Part shown: in pieces, positions 1 to 12,981 of the stretch
How positions within the stretch are numbered: the first letter of the stretch is position 1
Layout of the letters: each line of letters starts with the position of its first letter
NCBI RefSeq assembly: GCF_009914755.1
Contig: NC_060928.1
Direction: 5' to 3' (one strand)
DNA from: the human T2T-CHM13v2.0 reference genome, Homo sapiens
DNA length: 64,000 nt
The notes under the pieces: model-generated
Database searches by the model: none
What the model saw: the letters and a program-made list of their open reading frames with translations, nothing else
Told to the model about the DNA's origin: nothing
Position numbers and translations under genes: made by a program

Positions 1-1332
1 TTCAAAGCTCCATGTGGGTCAAAACATTCTCACTGCTACATAATCCATGTTCTCTGTGGCAGTAATTGCACCCATCTTATCTCTGATAATTAAACCTTTG
101 AAATCAGAGATTTCAAGTCTATTGATGAAACATTTGAACATTCAGTTGTACTCTTGAACATTTTGGCTTGTATAATGTGTGAGCAAGTTGTGCTTACAAA
201 ATTTATCCTAACATGACAATTTCTTTAAATTTACTCCTTGCTTTGTATTATTCCAAGGGAATTCTGGTATGTGAATTGTATTAAAAATAGGCTATAAGCT
301 CTAACCTTCAAAGAGATCTCAAAACAAACTGTTAGAGGTCCCTCATTTGAGCTGAAAAATTAAATTCAAAATCCAACATTAATACAACTCTATCAAAAAA
401 TTTGAACCAACCCAACCTTAAATAGTAACTTTTTCGGTTTATTTGCCTTGGAATCCATTCCTACAGTTGCTCCCCTGGCTTGTTCTGATACAAAGTAGCG
501 TGTGCTTCCAATTCCTTTGACATCTGTTTCTCCCAGAAAACACGTTGATGTTCCCTTCTGGGGGACTCTCATTGGATCAAAAACCAAGGGTTCACACTTG
601 GGGGTTCCAAGAGAAAATTAAGCTCCAGTGCCCTAAGGAATTTGTTGTATGTGATGAAGTAACTTACTTCCTATCCATCTATAATGGGACTAGCTATATA
701 CAATCCTTGGGGAATTTGAGAAAATAGTCACTCACATAATTTTCCATAAGGTTTAATTCTCTTGCTGGACCCTGGCTGAGAAAGCCTGCACATGGACACT
801 TTGAAAGGAGGGGATATCTGTCCCAGGTGAAGTCATTAAACATCTCTTTGCAATCATCAGATAGGAGAGAATAGGTAGCTATCTCTGGCAACGAAGCTTC
901 AGGGATAGTAGGTTGTTCACAATCCTGTTTTATCTGTCTGTTCAAATATGCTTATTCCAAGCCTCAAGGTTCCATTCTTTCCCAATCAGTGCTTTAACTA
1001 ACATAAAACTTGTGAAGTCCTGTATTTAACTGGTTTTGCGGTATTATATTTGAGATCTGATCTTTAATCACACATGTCCTACAAATACAAGAAACAATAA
1101 AGGTTGTTTTAAAGATCATCATGGAAGTTTTCTTCTAGGAATCTCCACTTAGCAGTTCAGTGCTAGGAATTCAAGGCCCACTTTGTTGTTTTGTTGTTGT
1201 TTGGTAAACCATCCAGTGTATTCAGAGGCAACTTGTTTATATAAATGCTATTACTCACAGCATTTATTATCTCAGCTGCCATCAGGTACAATGGGCACTT
1301 CATCTCCAAAAACTTTCCCTTCCACGTCACGA
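1..1332 (-). mobile_element. Ancient ERV-L (class III) internal region, degenerate gag; runs off the window edge
   Basis: Minus-strand translation gives KALIGKEWNLEAWNKHI (cf. ERV-L gag RALIGKEWDP..WNGD), PGEQL*EWI (cf. GEQAWEWILRVWD) and GTSNSLF..PIFNTIHIPEFPWNN (cf. GSNSLFAWL..LEMPDLPW), with many stops and frameshifts. This accounts for ORFs 393-587 and 694-945. Confidence 0.8.
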
Positions 1333-1843
1333 TGATGCAGGATTTTTTGCTCCTTAGCTCAGCGAGGTCTGGGTTCTTGTCTCACAACAAGGAAGAAGGA
1401 GGCACATAGACACTCAAATAGTGAGTGCAGTAGAATTTACTAAGTGAAAAGGAAAGCTCTCAGCTAAAGGAGGGGTCCTGAAAGCAGGTTGTTGGTTGCC
1501 CCCTCACAACTGAATACAAGGGCTTTTATATATCCAACCTGAAGGGGCTGAGTTCCTTATTTGTATAGGGTGTGAATTCCTGGTAGCTCCACCCGCCCTT
1601 CCAGGGTGCACATGGACCCTTAGTCTGAGCCACTCCATATTGATTTATTTCCCTTACTGTGTATGTGTTAAGAAATGGAATTTTCCATTGCAGGCATGTT
1701 CAGGTGAGCCCCCTCCCCCCACTCTGCAACTCCCCTTATCTGCACAAAACATCTGGTGTAAGCACTTGTGGAACAGGTAGCAGGTTCTCTGGGGGACCCT
1801 TCCCTTACTGTCTGCTTAAAGCAAGCTGGCTAGCTCCTTCTGA
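1333..1843 (-). mobile_element. ERV1 solo LTR, MER61-like, inserted into the ERV-L remnant
   Basis: Begins TGATGCAGGATTTTTTGCTCCTTAGCTCAGC and ends GCAAGCTGGCTAGCTCCTTCTGA. Abrupt GC-richer block with ERV-L-like sequence on both sides. Confidence 0.7.
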
Positions 1844-2381
1844 TAAGATTAATTTGAATAATTAGGATAATACCGCCTGCTTGGGATATCAGTGTGAAGC
1901 ATATATTTCCCAATCCAGTCCCAAATCCTATATTGAAGGATTGAAGGCCACTTCTAGATCAGAATACTGGCCATTAGAGTCACACAGAATACAGAGGGAC
2001 TGCATACAGAATTGTGGGAAGAAGTAAGGGATGAAATCAGATCAGAGTTGGTAAAATGTAGCCCTAACAGATTGTCAACAGTGTGAATCTGTTAGCACCT
2101 CCAAGAATAAGGAGGTAAGGAAGGAAATAGTTTTGTCAGAACCCATGAGACATGAACATCTGAGTTGGTTTTGCCTACAGTTGGCTGTTTTCCTAGATGT
2201 ACACAGCTAAGTATAAAATAAATGCAAAATTCCATTTCCAAGATTCTCTTCCTTGATTGTCTGGGCATGTCTCCCTTTAACCAGAAGCCAACTGAGGGCA
2301 GAGAAAGGAAGGGAAAGGTGGACATGAGATCTGGATGATCAGGTGAAGGATAACTAGCACAGTATCATATCAACTGTAGTT
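1844..2381 (-). mobile_element. Probable 5' internal part and LTR of the same ancient ERV-L (LTR16/LTR33-like)
   Basis: CCCAATCCAGTCCCAAATCC resembles the antisense of the ERV-L gag start. The downstream AATTCCATTTCCAAGATTC...AACCAGAAGCC motifs are typical of old ERVL LTRs. Confidence 0.4.
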
Positions 2382-2574
2382 ACTCCAATATTCTAGCAAT
2401 ATCTTTACCATTTATGTTAGTAGTAATAAAATATTCTTATATACTAATTAATATGAAATACAAATAAATATAAGTGAAACCATAAAATGTAAGCATTTAG
2501 AATATAAATAAGAAGTATTTATAATGTAAGTAATAAAAATATTTAATGTAGTTGAATACATAGAGTGTTCCAGG

Positions 2575-2930
2575 TACTTTATAAATATATGGGTGCCTAA
2601 GTAAGATTTTGTCTGTCACAGTCCTCACTAAATCTTATTTGGTATCAATTCATAACATTTTCAGAAAATAGAGTCCCCTCCGCTTTAAGGTCACACATTT
2701 GATAAGTGATGGAACAAGGACTGAAAACCACTGGATATCCAAGTCAGTGCAGGGATATAGAAACCACCTTTGAGCTGTTTTAATTCTAATATAGACAAAA
2801 TGAACTTGATTATTCTTATTTTATAGATTGTGCTATCATATAAACAAAGGTAAAACTAAAATTCTCTATTCAAGGAAGAACACAGCTAATGAGCACCACA
2901 GTTAGGGAGAGAACCTGAGTCTTTGGCACC
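2575..2930 (-). repeat. MIR fragments
   Basis: Degenerate antisense MIR core (AAGGTCACAC..TAAGTGATGGAAC; CACAGCTAATGAG). Confidence 0.5.
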
Positions 2931-4044
2931 AGAGGGAGCCTCCCTTGTGTGCCCATTTCAGATCCTTCAAACAAGCTGTCTCTTTGCTGCTTCCCAGATA
3001 ATTAAACTATAATTGCATGCTTTAAATTAAGTTTAAATGTATGCTTCCAGTATTTCTACTGACCAGTTTGTGTACGATCAGCCTTAAAGAATTATGCAAA
3101 TATCTTGTTTAGGTTCCCTCGGTTGCAAATTACTTTTTAATTTACTTAATTATAAAGGGCATTTGTCTCTTCTAATATGCAATAATTAGGTTTAAGTGTA
3201 CAGGCAAATGAATTGATTCTTGGCAATGCTTCTATAGCATATATAATTTTACATTTTAAGTTTAATTTATTTGCATATTTGATGTTTATCTGGTTTAATA
3301 CATGTACATACATTGAAACATATGTGTATATATATTTATATGTATACATATGTGTCCATAGGTGCATGTGTATGTGTGCATAGGTCTGTGTATATACTCA
3401 ACCCATATCTGTTACTAAATGTAATAAACATTTTCTTAAAAGGGAAATACCTTGGGCCACCATCAGAAGTCTATGTCTACCTTATCTTTTTCAGGAAGCA
3501 ACAGATCTATGCTGCTTCCTCAATCTCTGCTGATGGCCTGTCTTTGATTCCCTTTGAGCTAGACATCACAACTGACTGCCTCTGCCACTGTATTGAGACA
3601 TATCATCCTCTAAATCAAATAATTACTAATTTGGTCTGCACAAATCTCTGCACATGTGTAGAGCACATAAACACTACTTCCTAGGTTGATTTGTAAGAGA
3701 GAACTCAGGTGTGAAAATAGCAATCCCGAGGCAATGGATGATGAGCCTGAGGGTGGAAGCGGCGCTCCCTGCTCACACCCTGTCTCTGTGCTTACCTGCA
3801 CTCTCTGAAGTGAGGGGCCCTTCAGGCAGCCACTAGCAAATCTGTTATGCTCATTTCCTGATCGATAGAGCAAAATGACGACCTTTTTCTTCATTTAAGA
3901 TTAAATCTCACCTTTCCTTTTTTTAATATTTCAAATATATAAGAAAAATTGTTTACAATTTATCTCACTTTTATAAGCTCCTGATGATGATTATTAATTC
4001 AAACATCTAAAACACAATTAAGGTGGTTCTGAGAATGAATGTTT

Positions 4045-4510
4045 GACTCATTCAGTCTGTCTGTCCACATTTCTTCACTGAGCATGTATGAAGTTACTGG
4101 GATAAATTGGTGAAGAAAGAGATGAAATTGTTCCCCTCGTGGAGCTCATAATACAGTTGGGGAAAAACAACTATTGAGAAAATGAGAGGTATAACACACA
4201 AATGCTAAAAATTAACATGTGCTACAGAGATAAAGCAGAGATGGAGATAAGAGGCAGGTGTTGCAGCAATAAATAAGGTGGTCAGGTAAGAACTTAACCA
4301 GGAGGTGTCATTTTAGTAGAAATTGAAGGAGATGAGCGAGTGAGACATTTGCATATATGTAGGAAGAGTATTTTAGGCAGAGGAAGCAGCTAGAGCCGCA
4401 TCCCTGCAAGAGAAGCACACCAGTGTATTTAGGGACAGCAGGAAATCTCCAGAAACTGAGGGCCATAAAACAGCAAGGAACTCACAGGACATGGGGTTAG
4501 AGAGCAAAAG
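4045..4510 (-). mobile_element. L2 LINE 3' fragment
   Basis: CATTCAGT..CTGAGCATGTATG..CCCCTCGTGGAGCTCATA..GGAAGAGTATTTTAGGCAGAGGAAGCAGC, typical antisense L2. Confidence 0.65.
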
Positions 4511-5436
4511 GGTGTTAGATAGGGATGGGGCATGTCTCGCTGGGCAGATGGAAGCTGAAAGAGAAACTGAGCAGAAGCAATAAGTGACATGAAAACCAGC
4601 ACTGGCTCAAAAGTTCTTCATCCTTGATTCTGCGTAACCCGTGAAAGCAATGTCTGTCCCTGTTTTGTGAAAACATATGTGGTGGAGAGATTAGCGTGCC
4701 TGGCTCAGGGTACATCTTCAATAAATAGTCATTGACTGACTGACTTTGCTTTATTTTCATTAAGTAAAACTAAAGTTGAACATAAGCAGAAAGATATTTA
4801 AAAAATGAAATATGTTGTCATATTCAAAATATGCCAAGGTTTAAGATTTCAGTAGAAATATTTGCATCCCACTGTGAAAATTGGGCATATGTTGGTAAAA
4901 GATCAAACTTCTATTGTTATCTTATGAAATTCCAATTCTTCTGCATCCCCAAGACAGTTTAAATCAAAGCTGAAGCAAATCACCAGTGCTTCCAGGTTTG
5001 TAGTTATAACTTGGTTTTTCATTACAATTTAATAGTAAATTAAATTTACTATTATACAATGTGATAATAGTTCCTTGTTTTATAATATTTGAATTCCCAC
5101 AATTATGAAGTTTATGTAGGGAAGAAAAATTGTCTTAACCAGATCATTTCCACTAACAAATTAATAAAATTAGTCACTAATCACACCTCACACACCACTT
5201 AACACTAACATCTTTGCTATGCTGTCATGGTAATGGGAATTGTAATTAGTATATTGAAAATACAAATTTTGAATTTCAATGTTTCTATCTTGGTCTGTGA
5301 AGACAAAGGAAGTGTTGAAAAGAAAAAAAAGAATTACATTTAAAGCTATTGACAATCAGTATCTTCCAATGTGAGACCAACTGACAATTGAAGAAAAAAA
5401 GAAAATGAAGCCTTAAAAGAAAATGACAAATAACAT

Positions 5437-5732
5437 GGCTGGCATGGTGGCTTATGCCTGTAATCCTAGCACGTGGGAGACAGGAGGATTGCCTGAGGCC
5501 AGAAGTATGAGACCAGACTGGACAACAGAGTAAGACCCCAGTCCCTACACAAAATTTAAACATTAGCCGAGAGTGGTGGTGCACACCCATGTAGTCCTAG
5601 CTACTTTGGATGCTAAGGTGGGAGGATCCCTTGAGCCCAGAGGTTTGAGGCTGTGGTGAGCTAGGATTGTGCCACCGCACTCCAGTCTGGGTAACACAGT
5701 GAGACCCTGTCTCCGAAAATAATAAAATTAAA
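5437..5732 (+). mobile_element. AluJ
   Basis: Dimeric Alu with AluJ diagnostics (GGAGGATTGCCTGAGGCCAG, GAGCCCAG..GAGGCTG) and an A-rich tail. Confidence 0.92.
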
Positions 5733-8245
5733 AGACAATGATGTATACATCAGAGATTAATTTAGAAACTTGAGAAAATTGATAAAGCCTTCCAATATTC
5801 TTTTTCAAAAATGGCAACCTTTATGATTATACTAAAAGTCAAATATGAATTAAAATATGCCATATTATATCATCATACATTTTACCTTTATGTAAAACAT
5901 CACTTGAGTGACTTTTTGATTGGTTTGGCATTCGGTTGAAACAAATCATTGGTAAAAATGATTTAAAATGTTCTTTACAATTTTTAGTTTTATTTCTAGG
6001 GAAAAACATATAAGCCATTTGTATATTATCTTCTCTAAAATGTTAGTCTTCGTTTTAAGTTAAATTACTTAAGAAGCCGTTTTTTTCCTGTTCTGATTAT
6101 TCTTACTTTCAGCTATTAATAATTTCCTGTACATTATTTAGATAAAATAAATCATTTAATAATATTTTATTCTCAAATATAATTGTACTTTTGTCAATCA
6201 TTTTCTTTCACAATGAGTGAACTATTGTTTATAAAACTATTGCATATAGACCTCTGATTATCCCAAGGAAGGGAAAAAAACCCTTATTGAGTCCCAAAGT
6301 ATATTTTGCCAATTATTATTATATCATTAAATTACCAAAAAAAGAAAACAATAAGGGGCATGGATGAGGCTTAGAGACTTTTAAGTAACTTATAGCAATT
6401 TGTAAAGCTGGTAAGAAACAAAGTCATTATTTAGACTCATGGTTGTCTCTCACAAATTTTCTTATTTTCATCATATTAATACATGTTCAACTGGCAACTG
6501 TTTTCCCTTGAAATCTATGTCGTTTTGTGTGTGGAAAAAGAAGTCAAATATTTAAATCTGGTTTTACAGGAATATTAAGTTAAGTTTTTATACTTAGGAT
6601 AATGGATTAACGTGAAGGAATACAAGTTTACTCATATATTTCATAGCCACTATGACCAACCTCAAAATTAATCATAGATTCATAATTTGTAATTAGTTTT
6701 CCTTTTTGTAATATGGAAATGTAATGGTTTTGTGTCTCAAAAGACTTGTTAAAGCTCAACTAACCAACTAAGTGACAAATATGTTTTGAGTGTTATGTGG
6801 CCACATTGTGTCTAGTACTTTATAATATTTTTTTAAAGAAATGCTTGTTCTCAAGGAACTTACAAGAAAATTGAGAACATACATACATATAAAAAGTTAG
6901 TAAATATAAAATAGCGTTATTCAAGGCTAACTGAATTGTTAAATTATCTTTCTTTTACTCAAAGAAACATTGAAATTCCTTTAATAAAAGTTTTTGTTAT
7001 AAATTTAAATGTTGTGGTAATTTATTTCTTACTATCATCTTGAAATCTTTTTTTTTTGCCAAAGAATACTAACTAAAAAGTAGGTTTGCTTCAAAGTTTG
7101 AACTTTGACAAATGATAGTCTTTCACAGTAAGTTAAAAAAAAAATAGCAGCTAGGTTTTGTTTTGATTCTAAAACAAATATGTCTAGTCATAAGAGAAGA
7201 AATGATTATATCCCATGGAACTATCCATATGTCCTTCTGGCACTTGCAGGTTTAGAAAAACGAATGAAACAACCAATAAGCTAATGAATAAAATGTGTAG
7301 GAAATAGCATTGCAGAATGTTGACAAATGTAAATTTCTACAGTCCTGACTAGAAATTGGCACATGACAGAGCCATCAAAATTAAGTGCCAGGAGCTCAGT
7401 ACAAAAAGGCTTCAAGATGTTTAACTATAGGCATATTTAGTTTTCTAATTCAGCCAAATTTCTACACATGCTGGAGACTTTTGTAGTAGAGGAACATTCA
7501 GCTGTATGTTTTGACATCCAACTTGGCATCTCTGAAAGTCAAGCACTGAAAGCTACAGTGCAGAAAGAAAAGCTAGAGATCAGATTTTCATGATTTTTTA
7601 TGAAAGATGTTTAATGGTCTTGATGTGACTCCAGCTCTAAAATGTTACTGGCAGAAAATATCACAAATTATCCAGCTTTCCTTTGAAAAGCCACATGGAA
7701 ACTGAAGCTATTTTCCATATTTTTCTTTAATTTTGTAAATGGAAAGCTTAATGACCCCATGCTCTGCATGACTTTGGCAAACAGATGTTGATACAAAACA
7801 ATAATGCAAAAATAACATAAATATTAAACCATAGGTTCTTGCTGTCTTGATCTGCATCTGCATTTATAAAATGTGTTTTTAGGTGAAAACAAATATTAAA
7901 CACATTACAAAGAAAAATTGGTTGATTTTCAGTGGCTGGCTCAATCGAAATTGAACTGTTTATTTCTCAAACTTATTATAGACTCAATAATACTTCTCTA
8001 TATCACTTACTATAAGGTATTTAAACTTATGAATAAGTTTAATATCATGGATAAATGTATTCATAAGTTTAAATCCTTATGAATAATATGGATACACTTA
8101 TAAGGTATTTAAACTTAGGTATCACAAACATAAAATATTTAAACTTATGGATAGGCACAGGCATTCTTTGAAAGTATGAAAACCATCATTTCCTTCCCTT
8201 CATATCAATAAAAATATAGCACACAAAATCAGTTTCTGTTTGTGA

Positions 8246-8383
8246 TTTTTGTTGTTGTTTCTTTTGTAGACATGATGTCTTACTATGTTGCCCAGACTGG
8301 TCTCAAACTCCTAGTTCCAAGTGACCTCCCACCTCAGCTTCCCAAAGTTCTGGGATGATAGGCATGAGCCATCATGCCCAGCC
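8246..8383 (-). mobile_element. FLAM / Alu left monomer
   Basis: T-rich tail then ACTATGTTGCCCAGACTGGTCTCAAACTCCT...CATGCCCAGCC; single monomer. Confidence 0.85.
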
Positions 8384-9642
8384 ACTGCTGTATTTTTAAA
8401 CATTCAGATGTAATCTCTGCTTTCTTAATTACAAATACTCTTGTCATTGATAGAATATGACAGATAAAATATACTTGTGATTAGATGTTTGTTGCCAAAA
8501 TTACAAAGTTTGTGTGAACATCAACTTTTTCTTTTTTTTTTCCATATCCTATTGGTTCTCCAATACTTGTCCATATTATCACTAGAGAGAGGTCACATCT
8601 AAACTCTTGTTATTATAAGCCAGTGAAGGAAACTGGTAAGAAAATATGCCTTTTCAACAGTGAGATGCAACAGTTGATGATTACATTTCCATAAGCTCCT
8701 ATAAATCCTAGAGAAAACCAGTTGTTTTAAAAGCATGTTTATGAATATCCATCAGAATATTTTTTAACACTATTTAGGGTACTATGATGAATATAACTGA
8801 TTTAAAACCAAAATCTATAGTTGTTTTGATTTCTACAGTTCAATTTTTATTTGCTCTTTATTCAGAATAGTAATGGTTACAATTAAAAATCCTTATGCAT
8901 AGCTTGTTAACCATAAATTCAGCCTTCCTTTAGAGATTTGTATATACTAAAAGTACAGGATAAATGATCTGCTATGAAATGCTTTTCCTTGAGAGCACGC
9001 ACTGTGTGTGAATCATGATAAAGAATTCAGCACCAGTGGCACCAGTGATAACAAATGACATGGGTTGATAATATTTTGGAGCATTTGAAAATTTATCTTT
9101 ATACATTAAATGTTAAAAACAGAAAGCATCCATTATGTATAACAAACACATATGGGGTATTTATTCAGCTTCTGATTCAGTTCAATGGTTTGCTTTTTGG
9201 GCTTTGAAATTATAGAAAGAATTCCGGAAGACCAGCACAATTACACGCATAACTCACGTGGCTTTACATTATTGTGTTATATACATGGTGTGTGTATGGA
9301 TTTCTCCACAATGAGTTTTGAAAGAGCATTGAAGCATGTGCTTAGACTACTTCTAAGTTCTAATGTATGAGAATTGTGAACCTAGAAAACTTTCCCAGTA
9401 TGAACCTCTTTATCTTAATATTTATAATATAAGAATTATTCCAGATCTGCCTACCATAATCTTTGGAAGCAAATTCTGTTTTTAAAACATCTATTTATCT
9501 TTCTCCTCCACCAATATTTCACCTTTCTTACTCACTCTATACTGTTTTCTGCCCTTCTATTTCCTTCAAAATCTCTAATTCTCTTGGAGCTTCAGGTTTT
9601 GTTTCTGAGAAAATTACAAGAGTTGAAATTCCCAGAAAGGGG

Positions 9643-9790
9643 TTTTTTGCTGTTGTTGTTGTCGTTTGTTTTTTCGAATGATATCTCACTATGTTGTCCA
9701 GGGTGGTCTTGGACTTCTGGGCTCAAGGAATCCTCCTGACTCAGTCTCTTGAGTAGCTGGGATTACAGGCGTGAACCATCACACCTGACT
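9643..9790 (-). mobile_element. FLAM (Alu monomer)
   Basis: (GTT)n tail then CTCACTATGTTGTCCAGGGTGGTC...GAGTAGCTGGGATTACAGGCGTG. Confidence 0.85.
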
Positions 9791-11378
9791 AGAATGTATT
9801 TTTATATAGCATTCATGAATTTTCCCTTTTTAATAAGATAGTTTATTTGAACAAGATGACTGGGTTCTCCAGCTGTGCTGTGTGTTTTTTTGTTCATTAT
9901 TCATTACCATCGAAAAAAGGTGTACAGCGAGATCCTAAGTACAGGGCACACCAACTGTTTTCTAGATGTATTAGATGATGTAAAAGTGAGATCCTGCCAG
10001 GAATGTATGTTATTGCATGACACTAATATAGTTAGCTAAATTTTTTAACTATATTGGAAAGAGTCATTTAGGATAGCACTGCTCATCCTATATTCAAATT
10101 AACATTGCAGACCTTGAGAAGATATTTTTAAAAGAAAGGAAGTTATCCTTCAGACTGAGTAAACCTGAAGTAAAATAGGAAATATGTGTGACTGCCAGTT
10201 TTGAGAGACATGCGAAATACATAGTTGTTTCTAGTATTTTCCCCACTAAAAGGCAAATGCTGATTTTTGACGAATCTACTTTTCTGATTGGCAACTACAT
10301 GCATCATTCTTCCGGTCATGAAATCATGTACCTGTTCATTGTGAGGTGTTTAGAATTCTGTGAACAATGCTAGTAGGACCACTCGTTTCTAACATGAGAG
10401 AATGTGCCTGGCTGCTTTGGACACCATCTTGCTTGGACATGCACATGTGAGCAGAGGTTACCTAAATTCCGTTGCTGGTTTCAATATGGACTCCTCTCTA
10501 GCACTTTTCTATTTAAGTAACTGAAATTTAATGACCTAGAGGAAACAGAGGCAGTTGAATTAAAAGATTTGTAACTATGCACAGTCAATTATGACCTCTG
10601 CTGTTAGCTATGGCTCACTAAAGGCTGATTATTTTCATTTATATGTTCTGCAAACACTTTAACTTCAGAGTAATTAAAACCTAAACTTCAAATTTTTCCG
10701 GAAAACCAGGACTCTTTCCAACTGTCCCATTTTTTAAAACTAATGGTGGCAAAATTAAACCACCTGTCCAAAGCTAAAAGACAGTTATAACTTATCAAGC
10801 CCTACAAATATGTGTTAATGCCAGCCATTTTTTTCCATAAGTTACCAGCATTCTCCAGAATTTCATCAGCAAGAATGGAGTGAGAAGTTTATAAGTGGTT
10901 TTTCTTCACTAATCTTTATCACTCCCATACATTTTATCTGCAAATTAAAGTGTATTTGTGTACAGTTTCCATGCATAATTTTTTCAGTACTTATAAAATA
11001 ATGTTTAAATGGTGGGACTAAGCTTTATGAGATCTTGAGCCTTTCTAGTCTATAATACCTACAAACTGCATGTTTATTTTCTTCAATTCCCCAATATAAT
11101 CCATTTTTAAAATAGTTGATTTGGCTCAAGCATTTTTCCACAAACAAGTCTTCATCTGAGCTCCTGGACTTTTGTTTCTACCATCTCTTCTACTCTTCTC
11201 CATTTTTCAGGATCTCTTTATTCTTTAAGATACAGGCACACGAGCATATTTCTCACATGAAGACTTGTAACATACCCAGTCAATTCTTCCTTCCCTAAAT
11301 AATGGCAAAATACATGGCCCTCATTATTTACTACCAACACTACAAGATAGCACATATTTTTAATTTTCTGAATAGTAC

Positions 11379-12096
11379 TGATATGGTTTGGTTTTGTTCC
11401 CACCCAAAATCTCATCTTGAATTGTAATCTCCATAATCCCCGCTTATCAAGGGTGGGACCAAGGATGGAGGTAATTGGATCATGGGGGCAGTTTACCCAC
11501 TGCTGCTCTTGTGATGGTGAGCGAATCTCAGGAGATCTGATGGTTTCATAAGTATCTGGCATTTCCCCTGCTTATGTTGCAGAATTTTCTCATTAGTTCA
11601 GCTGAAAATGGGGTCCTTGTCACACGACCATGAAATATTAGGCATGCAGACACTTCAAAGGGTGAGAGAAATAGAACTTATTGGGCAAAAGGGGGAAAAA
11701 AGGGAAACAGGGACCCTCAGCAGAGCGAGAGTCCTGCTAGTATAGGCTTCCCACCTTGCAGATTGAATTCCAGGTTCCACCCCAGAACAGGAGAGGCTAT
11801 CCCTGCTGCAAACAATGCAAACTTTCCGAGGCTCCGCTCCAGTGTGCATTCCTCCCAGTGCTCAGATTGGTTGGAGGTTCTCTGGTCACCCTTTATACTT
11901 GGTTGTCTCACTTGCACTCACTCTTCCCTGCCGCCCTGCGAAGAAGGTCCTGCTTCTCCTTGGCCTTCCACCATGATTGTAAGTTTCCTGAAGCCTCCCC
12001 AGCAATGCAGAACCGTGAATCAATTAAACCTCCTTCCTTTATACATTACCCAGTCTCGGGCAGTTCTTTATAGCAGCGTGAGAACGAGCTAATACA
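11379..12096 (+). mobile_element. THE1D-like MaLR solo LTR, interrupted by an ERV1 LTR
   Basis: TGATATGGTTTGG..CCCACCCAAAATCTCATCTTGAATTG start, CTGGCATTTCCCCTGCTT motif, ends GAGAACGAGCTAATACA. Confidence 0.88.
11575..11910 (-). mobile_element. ERV1 solo LTR, MER61-like, nested in the THE1 LTR
   Basis: TGTTGCAGAA...GTTGTCTCA termini; 4-bp TSD CTTA/CTTG; start similar to the LTR at 1333. Confidence 0.75.
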
Positions 12097-12208
12097 AATA
12101 TGTATATTTAGATGTATTTCAAAATACATTTAAACACCTTGAGGGTGAAGGTTGTGTTGTGTATTTCCTTTAGATGAGTATGTGGCTGAATTAGCCTTTC
12201 TTGCATCA

Positions 12209-12981
12209 CTATATTAGTTTGCTAGGGACATCACAACAAAGAAGCACAAACTGGATGGCTTAAAAACCATAAAATCATGGTCTCCCAGTTCCAGAGGCTA
12301 CAAGCCCAAGAACAAGGTGTTGTCAGGTTTGGTTCCTGTGAGAGGGAATCAATTTCATGCCTTTCTCCTAGCTTCTGCTGGTCTGCTGCCAACCTACAGC
12401 ATTCCTTGCCCTATGGAAGCATCACCCTGAATCTACACATGGTGTTCTCCTTGTGTGCATGTTTGTATTGAATTCTCAATTTTAAAAATATATATTATTA
12501 TTATTTTATTTTGAGACAGAGTTTCGCTCCTGTTGTCCAGGCTGGAGTGCAGTGGCGCAATCTCGGCTCACTGCGACCTCCGCCTCCTGGGTTCAAGCAG
12601 TTCTCCTGCCTCAGCCTCCCAAGTATCTGGGATTACAAGCACCCATCACCATGCCCAGCTAATTTTTATATTTTTAGTAGAGATGAGGTTTTGCCATGTT
12701 GGCCAGGCTGGTCTCGAACTCCTGCCCTCAGGTGATCCACTCTCCTTGGCCTCCCAAAGAGCTGAGATTATAGGCATGAGCCACTACGCCTAGCCAATTC
12801 TCTTTCTTTATAAGAACGCAAGTCAGATTAAATTAAGAGCCCATCCTAGCACAGTGTGACCTCCTCTAACCTTACCTAATTATATCTGCAATTACTCTAT
12901 CACCAGTTAATGTAATTCTGAGATACCAGAAGTTAGGATTTCAACATATGAATGAGGAGCAGACACAATTCAGCTCATGAC
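12209..12981 (-). mobile_element. MLT1 (C-like) MaLR LTR, split by AluS
   Basis: TATTAGTTTGCTAGGG..CACAAACTGGATGGCTTAAA at one end; GACACAATTCAGCTCATGACA at the other. Confidence 0.8.
12490..12795 (-). mobile_element. AluS (Sq/Sx-like)
   Basis: Full dimer, GAGACAGAGTTTCGCTCCTGTTG...CACTACGCCTAGCC. Confidence 0.93.

Noticed and set aside
393-945. ORFs initially considered as a possible endogenous non-retroviral (bornavirus-like) element or host pseudogene
   Set aside because: No similarity to bornavirus G/L as I recall them; colinear ERV-L gag motifs explain the region.
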